Source of the DNA: Rhodocyclaceae bacterium
GTDB taxonomy: Bacteria > Pseudomonadota > Gammaproteobacteria > Burkholderiales > Rhodocyclaceae
Length of the DNA stretch: 64,000 nt
Direction of reading: 5' to 3'
NCBI GenBank assembly: GCA_020445745.1
Contig: JAGRGB010000051.1
Span: forward strand, 7,833 to 71,832
Below are positions 11,901-18,439 of the stretch, one piece after another. The translations under genes were made by a program, and so were the position numbers. Positions within the stretch are counted from its first letter, which is position 1. Each line of letters starts with the position of its first letter. The notes beneath the pieces are model-generated. The model was given only the letters and a program-made list of their open reading frames with translations, had not been told where the DNA came from and did no database searches.

Positions 11901-12130
11901 ATTTCCTGCAACTTGCGCTCGATCTTGTCGGTGACCTGGAGTTCGATCTCACGGGCCGACGCGCCGGGCCATTCGGCACGCACCACCATCACCTTGAAGG
12001 TGAACGGAGGATCCTCGGACTGTCCCAGCCTGCCGTAGGAGAGCGCGCCGATAACGGTCAGCACGACCATCAGGTAAAGGACCAGGCTCGGATGCCGCAG
12101 CCCCCACTCCGAGAGGTTGAAGCGGCTCAC
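8987..12130 (-). CDS. RND efflux transporter permease (AcrB/AcrD/AcrF family)
   Basis: 1047 aa with a GTG start. The N-terminus MSRFNLSEWGLRHPSLVLYLMVVLTVIG and the 12-TM plus two-large-periplasmic-loop organisation are typical of RND pumps. Confidence 0.95.
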   Translation of the reverse strand: MSRFNLSEWGLRHPSLVLYLMVVLTVIGALSYGRLGQSEDPPFTFKVMVVRAEWPGASAREIELQVTDKIERKLQEIAQTAFIRSFSRPGEAMVFFTVKDSTAPSEIPGIWYQVRKKIGDIRHTLPQGVVGPSFNDEFGDTFGNVFALLGDGLDYAELKRFAEAIRNELLRVPDVAKVAFFGEQPQRVFIELSAARLATLGIRAVDIIAAINEQNAKAGAGFFETSAERIYLRPDGEYRDLEAIRDTVLRVGERSLRLGDIAEVARGFADPPRDSMRFEGRQALGIGVSMRDGGDIIALGRHLDEAVVRIQAQLPAGIEFVRVADQPRAVQRSINEFVKSLAEAVVIVLAVSLLSLGLRTGVVVAISIPVVLAVTFLFMKLFGIGLHKISLGALILALGLLVDDAIIAVEMMATKMEQGWERASAAGFAYMSTAMPMLSGTLVTAAGFLPIATAASSTGEYTRSLFQVTVIALLVSWIAAVLFVPYLGFHLLPDFTRRDAGNDWRARLLARLGLGGSTQARSVHDDGGQYRSSFYRSFRALVHACVRFRWTVIAATVLAFLGALYAFRFVPQQFFPDSTRPELLVDLRLAEHASRRATLAAVEELEAVLADAPGIENFVAYVAAGSPRFYLPLDQQLAQTSFAQFVILTEGSAQREALRSRLIEFYAVHAGGVTAAINRLENGPPVGFPVQYRVSGADFDTLREIAGRVADAMRGNAQLSNVQTDWATPSKILRVRIDQDRARLVGLSSEDIARILDAALDGVTVTQFREATETIDVVLRGSAFERGRPSNLADLTIPGPDGRIVPLAQVASVEPGFEEGVVWRRNRIPTITVRANLYGDLQPAAVVGQLSPLIDRIRAGLPLGYRIETGGAVEESAKGGGSVAAGVPLLLIVVLTVLMLQLQSFSLVAMVLLTAPLGLIGITAALLLFGKPFGFVAMIGSIALSGMIMRNSVILVDQIQQDLDAGRSRWEAIVEATVRRFRPIMLTAAAAILAMIPLTRRALFSPMAVAIMGGLAIATVLTLIFLPSLYAAWYRVRRPPGDAAGAD

Positions 12131-12230
12131 CGGTCAGCTCTTGTTCCGCCGCGGCGCACGCGTGCCGGCCGCTGCGTTCGACCGATGTCGAGGGCCCAGG
12201 CCGGCGCCTCTGCGCAGCGCACCAGCGCCG

Positions 12231-13331
12231 TCATCGACCGGCGTCCAGCTGGACCGGAGCGTCCTCCGGCACCGCACGCACGATCTGCCCGGGGGTGAGG
12301 CGATGGCTGCCCGCAACGACCACCTGCATGCCCGGCACCAGGCCCTTGCCGACCAGCGCGCCATCTGCGTGCAGGGCCAACAGTTCCACTTCCGTCGGGC
12401 TCACGCGGCCGGCGCCGTCCACCGACCACACCACCGTCCGGCCGTCGCGCTGGACCACCGCGGGCAGCGGCAGCAAGGTGCCGCCAGCCCGCGGGTCGGC
12501 GAAACCGGCCACCGCCGAGGCGCCCAGCGGCAGCATCTCGTCGGCGGACTCGACCGAGAGCCGGACCGCGAACGTGCGGGTCGCCGGGTCGGCCGCGGCA
12601 GCGATCTCCCGGACCACGCCACGATAGGCCCGGGACGGGTCGGCCAACGGCCGGATCTCGGCCGCGAGGTCCTGCGAGATGCTGCCGATGCGCCCCTCCG
12701 GCACATGGATCAGCACCTCGCGCTCGGTCTCGTGGGCGGTTCGCAGTACCGCCTGGCCGGCGCCGACGACCTCGCCGCGGTCGGCCAGCACTGCCAGCAC
12801 CACCGCCGGCTGTTCGGCTCTCAGGGTCGAATAGGCGGCCTGGTTCGACGACAGTTCGGACTGGGCGCGGGCCTGTCGGACACGGGCCTCGGCGGCGTCC
12901 ACGGCGGTCACGCGGCTGTCCAGCACCGCCTCGCTGACGAATTTCTTGGCAAGCAGCTGGCGGGCCCGTTCGAGTTCGGCCCGCGCCAGGCTGCGTTCGG
13001 CCTCGGCCGCCACCAACTGGTCACGGGCGGCCTCGGCCGACAACCTGAGATCCTGCGGATCGAGCCTGGCCAGAAGCTGTCCCGGCCGCACCCTGTCGCC
13101 GACCTCGACCAGGCGCGCGACCAGCTTACCGCCCACCCGGAACGAAAGATCGGTCTCGTGACGCGCCCGCACTTCACCGGTGTAGACGGTCAGCGGTACC
13201 GCGACATCCTGGCCGACTTCGCGGACCAGCACCGACAGCGGCACCGCGACCGGTGGTGGCGGCGAATCGCAGGCGGACAGCAGCAGCGCCGCGGCGATCG
13301 CCAGGCCGGCGCCCGGAAGGTCAAGCCTCAT
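12231..13331 (-). CDS. RND efflux periplasmic adaptor (membrane fusion protein), lipoprotein
   Basis: 366 aa starting at an ATG. The signal peptide has a lipobox (AAALLLSAC). Coiled-coil and beta-barrel MFP motifs follow (YTGEVRARHETDLSFRVGGKL...GDRVRPGQLLARLD). Confidence 0.9.
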   Translation of the reverse strand: MRLDLPGAGLAIAAALLLSACDSPPPPVAVPLSVLVREVGQDVAVPLTVYTGEVRARHETDLSFRVGGKLVARLVEVGDRVRPGQLLARLDPQDLRLSAEAARDQLVAAEAERSLARAELERARQLLAKKFVSEAVLDSRVTAVDAAEARVRQARAQSELSSNQAAYSTLRAEQPAVVLAVLADRGEVVGAGQAVLRTAHETEREVLIHVPEGRIGSISQDLAAEIRPLADPSRAYRGVVREIAAAADPATRTFAVRLSVESADEMLPLGASAVAGFADPRAGGTLLPLPAVVQRDGRTVVWSVDGAGRVSPTEVELLALHADGALVGKGLVPGMQVVVAGSHRLTPGQIVRAVPEDAPVQLDAGR

Positions 13332-13983
13332 CGCGCATCTCCCCCCCCGGCCTCACCAGCAAGCCCTTCAGGAACAGGTCGAAATAGGTCGGCAGATACT
13401 TCTCCGGCCGGCAGGCGTCCACGTCGCACACCGCGAACGACGTCCGCCAGACGCTCAGCATCAGCAACGGCGCCATCAGCACCTGAACCGTCGATGCCAC
13501 GTCAACGGGCCGGATCTGTCCGCGCTCGATGCCCAGTTCGAGGGCGCCGGCGACCAGCTCCCGGCCGCGAGAGATCACCTCTTCGTGGTAGAAGCGGGCG
13601 ACATCGGGGAAATTGTGCGCTTCGGCGATCATCAGCTTGGGAATTCCCGCCAGCTCGGTCGCCCCGATCTGCTCCCACCAGCCGCCGAGCAGCGCGCCGA
13701 GCAGCGCCACCGGATCGTGCCTGAGCTCCTCGAACAAGGCCTCGCCCCGTGCCATCACCGGATCGATGCCCATCGCGATGACCGCCTTGAACAGCGCCTC
13801 CTTGCTTTCGAAGTAGAGGTACAGCGTTCCCTTCGAGACGCCGGCGCGGGCGGCCACCTCGTCGAGCCGGGTGGCGGCGTAGCCCTTCTCGACGAACAGA
13901 CCGAGGGCCGCGGCGGTGAGCTCGGCCGGGCGAGCCGCCTTGCGCCGCCGCGGCCTTGCCGCCGGTTTGTCCCTTTGCTTCAT
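13321..13983 (-). CDS. TetR/AcrR-family transcriptional regulator
   Basis: About 220 aa. The N-terminal HTH reads AALGLFVEKGYAATRLDEVAARAGVSKGTLYLYFESKEALF. The stop overlaps the MFP start by 11 nt. Start taken at ATG 13981-13983, with a GTG one codon upstream. Confidence 0.9.
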   Translation of the reverse strand: MKQRDKPAARPRRRKAARPAELTAAALGLFVEKGYAATRLDEVAARAGVSKGTLYLYFESKEALFKAVIAMGIDPVMARGEALFEELRHDPVALLGALLGGWWEQIGATELAGIPKLMIAEAHNFPDVARFYHEEVISRGRELVAGALELGIERGQIRPVDVASTVQVLMAPLLMLSVWRTSFAVCDVDACRPEKYLPTYFDLFLKGLLVRPGGEMRDEA

Positions 13984-13990
13984 CACATGG

Positions 13991-14020
13991 CTATAATTAC
14001 TGACTGGTCAGTAAGTATAG
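13991..14020. promoter_or_regulatory. 30-bp near-perfect palindrome: putative TetR operator overlapping a minus-strand promoter
   Basis: CTATAATTACTGACTGGTCAGTAAGTATAG pairs at 13 of 15 positions as an inverted repeat. It lies 8 nt upstream of the tetR start. On the minus strand, TTGTGA (14036-14041), a 16-nt spacer and TATACT (14014-19) overlap it. Confidence 0.55.
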
Positions 14021-14139
14021 CAGCCAGCCCATGCATCACAATCCCCGATCGTCGGCGCCCGCAAGGGGCCGGAGGCCCGGCCATCGGCTCTGCCCGGGCG
14101 CCCCGGCCCCTGCCAGAGCACAACCGGAAACGGCCGCTG

Positions 14140-16125
14140 TCACGCTCCGCGGGGCGCCTTCCCTGCGTCTACAGCGACCGCTCCACCTCGCCACCAGCGC
14201 CACCGCCAGCCCGCATCAGCCGGCGCACTCGGGCCAGCGTCCGACAATCCTTCCCGCCGCGCCGCCCGGCGAGACAACCAGGCGAGCGTTCCTACCAGTA
14301 CCGCCAGCCAAGCCAGCGCCTTGAGGGGAGCCAGCCAGGATGCGTAGCGCCGCACGCCGGCAAGCGCCCGAGGTACGCGAACGGCGACCGTGACCTCGCC
14401 GGGCAACTCGGCGTAGGTATCGACGATCTGGACATGCCCGCCGGACTCGACCGCCACGCGTCCGCGTCCCGGCCCGGTGGCCAGGCGGATCCTCAGTGTC
14501 TGCAGCAAGGTGGTGATCGTGGCGTGCAGGGGCCCGGCGCCGGCCGGGGCCTCGAGCAGCGCGCCCTGCCTGGCCCAACCTGGAGCCTCGATGCGGCCCT
14601 CGATCCGCGTGCCGTGCCATTTCGGCAGCGACGCGGTGCGCAGTTCGAGCAGTCTTACCGGCCGCGCATCGAACGGTGTGAGGGTGACCTGGCGCTCCGC
14701 CGTCGGCAGCTTGAACGGCGCCAGGCCGAGGGCCAGCGGCACGGCGACGATCAGCGCAAGCGCCTGTCGACCGACCCTAGGCACGGCTCCGCCGATCCGT
14801 GGCGAGGGCTCCTGGCGGGCGCACCGCAGCTCGAGCAAGGCGACGATCAGCGAAAGACAGGCGGCGAATCCGGTCCAGTAGAAATAGCGGTACTCGGCCG
14901 ACACATTGAACGGAAAATAGCTTGCCATGTAGATCGCGCCCGATGCGCCGACCGCCGCGGAGAACTCGCCGAGGGGTGTATCGAGCCTTCTGCGGGCGAC
15001 CAGCACGGCGAGCGCCGCGAAGATCAGCCCGGCGAACAGCAGCGGGCGGCTGGACAGCCTGACGACATCGGACTCGGCATAGGCCTCGGCCAGCCGGGTG
15101 GCGAGCCGGGCAGGGTCACGCGCGACCTTGAACTCGGCTGGCGTCGCTGCGGGCACCTGGCGGAACATCATCCACGAATTCGGGCTGCGCACACTGAGGC
15201 GGTAGAGCGCTGCCCACGCCGAATAGGTCTCCAGCGGATGTTTCGCGATGGCGCCGAACCACGCCTTCGTCAACCGCCCCGATCCCCACAGCCCTTCGGC
15301 CACCAGGCGGCGGTGAATGAAGCTGCAGTGCCCCCAGATTGCCGAATCCCACTGGATGGGGCTGTAGCAGGAGCTCACGATCGCTTCCGCTTCGGGCTCG
15401 CTCCAGTCGCCGGGGAGGAGGTTGCTGCCGGTCAGATAGGACAGCGCGACCAGATGATAGACCTTGATGCTTTCGCTCGGGCGGCGCTCCTGCACTTCGA
15501 GCAGCCTCGCCTGCAGCGAGTAGAGCAGCGGCATCGCGGCCAGCACCAGCGCGATCAGCCACGCCCGGCGACGCGCCGGGATGCCTGCCGAGGCCAGCAT
15601 CAGCAGCGGGAACAGGGCGAACACCACGTTCGGCCGGGTCAGGCAGGCGGCCACCGCGGCCAGCATCGCGATCGCCCGCAGCCGGCTTGCCCGCCCCGGA
15701 TCCGCAGCAGCACCGCGGACCGCCAGCGCGGCCGCGAACGCCAGCAGCATCCACGCCACCAGCAGCAGGTCCTTGTGCACGTGGCCGACGAAATTGAACA
15801 AGCCGGGCAACCACGGCAGCGCCAGCAGCAACAGCGCCGGCGCCCCTGCCCGGCCCTCGAGGCGCACCGCCATCCACGCCAGGCTGCCCCACATCAGCCC
15901 GTTGGCGAGGACGACCAGGCCGATCGGGCCCGGCACCACCGCGTGCAGCGCCGACCACAGCAGCAGAATGAACGGCGAGTGCCAGTCGTCGAATCGCCGG
16001 GCCAGGATCTGCAGCAACATGTTGAAGGAGTCGGCGTTCAGATAGCCCGGATGGCTGGCGACGAGGACGGTGCCCGCGCCCACCAGCGCCAGCAGCCAGG
16101 GCAGCAGGCGGAAGACGCGCCCCAT
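14140..16125 (-). CDS. large polytopic membrane protein, putative GT-C-type (ArnT/PMT/Gtr-like) glycosyltransferase
   Basis: About 661 aa from ATG 16125, 9 nt after the upstream stop. It has at least 10 hydrophobic helices. The first loop after TM1 has an acidic motif (YLNADSF...FDDWHSPF). A roughly 200-aa non-membrane segment and a final TM helix follow. The function is inferred from context only. Confidence 0.6.
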   Translation of the reverse strand: MGRVFRLLPWLLALVGAGTVLVASHPGYLNADSFNMLLQILARRFDDWHSPFILLLWSALHAVVPGPIGLVVLANGLMWGSLAWMAVRLEGRAGAPALLLLALPWLPGLFNFVGHVHKDLLLVAWMLLAFAAALAVRGAAADPGRASRLRAIAMLAAVAACLTRPNVVFALFPLLMLASAGIPARRRAWLIALVLAAMPLLYSLQARLLEVQERRPSESIKVYHLVALSYLTGSNLLPGDWSEPEAEAIVSSCYSPIQWDSAIWGHCSFIHRRLVAEGLWGSGRLTKAWFGAIAKHPLETYSAWAALYRLSVRSPNSWMMFRQVPAATPAEFKVARDPARLATRLAEAYAESDVVRLSSRPLLFAGLIFAALAVLVARRRLDTPLGEFSAAVGASGAIYMASYFPFNVSAEYRYFYWTGFAACLSLIVALLELRCARQEPSPRIGGAVPRVGRQALALIVAVPLALGLAPFKLPTAERQVTLTPFDARPVRLLELRTASLPKWHGTRIEGRIEAPGWARQGALLEAPAGAGPLHATITTLLQTLRIRLATGPGRGRVAVESGGHVQIVDTYAELPGEVTVAVRVPRALAGVRRYASWLAPLKALAWLAVLVGTLAWLSRRAARREGLSDAGPSAPADAGWRWRWWRGGAVAVDAGKAPRGA

Positions 16126-16133
16126 CGGTGCGA

Positions 16134-16838
16134 TCAGGACGCGGGCCGTGGGCGGCGCGCCCGCAGCCACACGTTCTTGCCGACGAAGCGGCTGCACACC
16201 CTGTCCAGCACGCGGCTGAGCGGAAAAGCCAGGCGGTCGTAGAGGCGGACGCTGCCACCGTCGAGCTTGCCGTCGGCCGCACCGAAATACTTCAGCGCCA
16301 GGCTGGCCGCATAACCGAGGCTATCGGCATAGGCACCGGCCTCGACGACGAACCCGGCCCGCCGGCATTTCGCCGACAGTTCCCCGAGCCGGTAGCGGCG
16401 CACGTGGCCGACCCGGCGATCCATCGCCGAATAGAGCAGTTGGAAGGCGGGCACATAGAGGTACAGCGCACCGCCGGGCACGAGGATGTCGAACAGGCGG
16501 GCCAGCACCGCTTCGTCGTCATCGATGTGCTCGAGGACGTTGAGAGAATAGACGCCGTCAGCCGACATCGGCGCGACCGCATCGAGGCTCGACAGGCACG
16601 GTATGCCCGATGCGTTGATTGCTGCATTGAGTGCGGGCTCGGGCTCCACGGCGCGGACGTCGAAGCCCCGCTCGCGGACCCGGCCGGCGAAGAGCCCGTT
16701 GCCGGCGCCGAAATCGACGACGCGGCGGCAGCCGTCGAGTTGACGACAGATCTGCTCGACGAGAAAGGCATTGTAGTTCTCGGCCTCGCGCATCGCCTCG
16801 AGGTTTTCGGAACCGCCCACCACCGTCTGCGACGTCAT
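16134..16838 (-). CDS. class I SAM-dependent methyltransferase
   Basis: 234 aa from ATG 16836-16838, forming an ATGA overlap with the GtrA stop. Motif I is VVDFGAGNG, and post-I/II motifs include LNVLEHIDDDEAVLARLFDILVPGGALYLYVP. Confidence 0.85.
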   Translation of the reverse strand: MTSQTVVGGSENLEAMREAENYNAFLVEQICRQLDGCRRVVDFGAGNGLFAGRVRERGFDVRAVEPEPALNAAINASGIPCLSSLDAVAPMSADGVYSLNVLEHIDDDEAVLARLFDILVPGGALYLYVPAFQLLYSAMDRRVGHVRRYRLGELSAKCRRAGFVVEAGAYADSLGYAASLALKYFGAADGKLDGGSVRLYDRLAFPLSRVLDRVCSRFVGKNVWLRARRPRPAS

Positions 16839-17242
16839 GACCGCAAGTCCTCGCCGGGGAACACGAAGCGCCGGCTGAGCGTGTAATTGACGACCAGGCC
16901 AGCCACTGCGCCGGCACACAGCGGGACCACAGGCACCGCCCCCAGAGCCGGCATCCACGCTATCAGCGCCGCATAGATCGCGAGGTTGGCCAGCGCCCCG
17001 GTGGTCTGCACGAGCAGATAGCGGCGATATTCGACCCCGGCCCGATGAATCGCCAGGCCGCGGAAGGCGAGGCGCCGGTTCAGCAGCCAGGTCACCGTCA
17101 CCGCGGCGAGGAACGACGGGCCTCTGGCGACGATCGGACCCCACTGGGCGACCTGGACGAGCAGCGTCAATACCCCCGCGTCGACGACGAAGCCGATGCC
17201 GCCGGCCAGCAGGAAGTGCATCCGCCGACTCCACGCACCCAT
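16835..17242 (-). CDS. GtrA-family small membrane protein (putative polyprenyl-phosphate-sugar flippase component)
   Basis: The sequence HFLLAGGIGFVVDAGVLTLL...VNYTLSRRFVF shows the typical GtrA 4-TM pattern. The start is ambiguous: ATG 17242, ATG 17221, or GTG 17308 overlapping the GT2 stop. Confidence 0.82.
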   Translation of the reverse strand: MGAWSRRMHFLLAGGIGFVVDAGVLTLLVQVAQWGPIVARGPSFLAAVTVTWLLNRRLAFRGLAIHRAGVEYRRYLLVQTTGALANLAIYAALIAWMPALGAVPVVPLCAGAVAGLVVNYTLSRRFVFPGEDLRS

Positions 17243-17297
17243 CGGCGCCGCCTGCGACGGCAGGCCCCGGCACTCGGCAGCGCCATCGCAGCGACCG

Positions 17298-18236
17298 TCA
17301 ATCGTCACTGCGTCGCCGCCGCGAAAAGGTGCCCACGGCCAGGTAGCTGAGATGCCGCACTTCCCGGCGCCCGACGGTCACCGTCTGCAGGATCAGACCG
17401 GCACAGAAGCTCAAGCCCGCCATCAGCGCGATGCCGGTCGCGAGCACGGCCGTCGGCAGGCGCGGCACCTGCCCGGTCTCGACATAGGTGACCAGCAACG
17501 GTGCGGCGAGCAGCAGCGCCAGCAGCGCAAGGGCGAGCGCCATGTACGAATAGAAGCGGAACGGCCGCTCGATCGCGAACAGGCGGACGATCGTCGACAG
17601 GATGCGCCAGCCATCCGAGTAGGTGCGCAGCTTGCTTTCGGAACCCTCCGGCCGCACGCCGTAAGGTGTCTCGACCTCGGCGCAGGGCATTCTCAGTTCC
17701 TGCGCATGGATGGTCAGCTCGGTCTCGATCTCGAAGCCGTGCGAGGTGGCCGGAAAGGACTTGACGAAGCGACGCGACAACACGCGGTAGCCCGACAACA
17801 TGTCGCTGAAGCTGCCACCGAATATCCGCCGCATGGCGCCGGTGAGCATGCGATTGCCCCACTGGTGGCCTGGACGGTAGGCCTCGTGGCGCTCATGGAC
17901 ACGGATACCGATCACCATGTCGAGATCCGAGCCGACCAGGGTGGCGATCATTCGCGATGCGCTGGCCGCATGGTAGGTCGCATCGCCATCCGCCAGCACG
18001 TAGATGTCGGCGTCGACGTCGGCGAACATGCGGCGCACGACGTTGCCCTTGCCGGGGCGACTGACATGATGCACCACAGCACCCGCCGCCTCCGCCAGCA
18101 CCGCGGTGTCGTCGGAGGAATTGTTGTCGAAGACATGGACCTCCGCCATCGGCAACGCCTGACGGAAATCCTCGACCACACGCGCAACCGCCGCCGCCTC
18201 GTTGTAACACGGCAGAACGACGGCAATGCGCATCAT
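17298..18236 (-). CDS. family 2 glycosyltransferase with C-terminal TM helices (GtrB/ArnC/DPM-like polyprenyl-phosphate glycosyltransferase)
   Basis: 312 aa from ATG 18236. Motifs are VVLPCYNEAAAV, FDNNSSDDT and a DxD (LADGDATY). Two C-terminal hydrophobic helices follow (FYSYMALALALLALLLAAPLL..., LATGIALMAGLSFCAGLIL). Confidence 0.9.
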   Translation of the reverse strand: MMRIAVVLPCYNEAAAVARVVEDFRQALPMAEVHVFDNNSSDDTAVLAEAAGAVVHHVSRPGKGNVVRRMFADVDADIYVLADGDATYHAASASRMIATLVGSDLDMVIGIRVHERHEAYRPGHQWGNRMLTGAMRRIFGGSFSDMLSGYRVLSRRFVKSFPATSHGFEIETELTIHAQELRMPCAEVETPYGVRPEGSESKLRTYSDGWRILSTIVRLFAIERPFRFYSYMALALALLALLLAAPLLVTYVETGQVPRLPTAVLATGIALMAGLSFCAGLILQTVTVGRREVRHLSYLAVGTFSRRRRSDD

Positions 18237-18397
18237 CTGCCAGTTCAATCCGCGCGCTGACTGGCCGAACTCATGGACATCGGCGTCGCCGGCATCGCCC
18301 TGATCCGCGTAGGCCCGGACCGATTCGCCCACCGCCACTCCTCGTATGTGCACCGCACAAACATTGACGAGGCGCGAGCTTACCACAGGTGCATTCC

Positions 18398-18421
18398 GCG
18401 ATCGCATCGCGATGCGATCGC
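18398..18421. repeat. 24-bp perfect palindrome GCGATCGCATCG/CGATGCGATCGC
   Basis: Checked base by base. 18398-18409 is the exact reverse complement of 18410-18421. It sits 19 nt downstream of the PAS-GGDEF-EAL stop and about 160 nt upstream of the GT2 gene. No U-tract follows on either strand. Confidence 0.85.
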
Positions 18422-18439
18422 CGTCGCAACAGGGTGCCT

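Noticed and set aside
18398-18421. GCGATCGC octamers, considered as HIP1-type highly iterated palindromes.
   Set aside because: HIP1 is a cyanobacterial feature, and here the octamer is only noted as part of one 24-bp dyad. I did not see it recurring through the window, so I report it as a local palindrome only.
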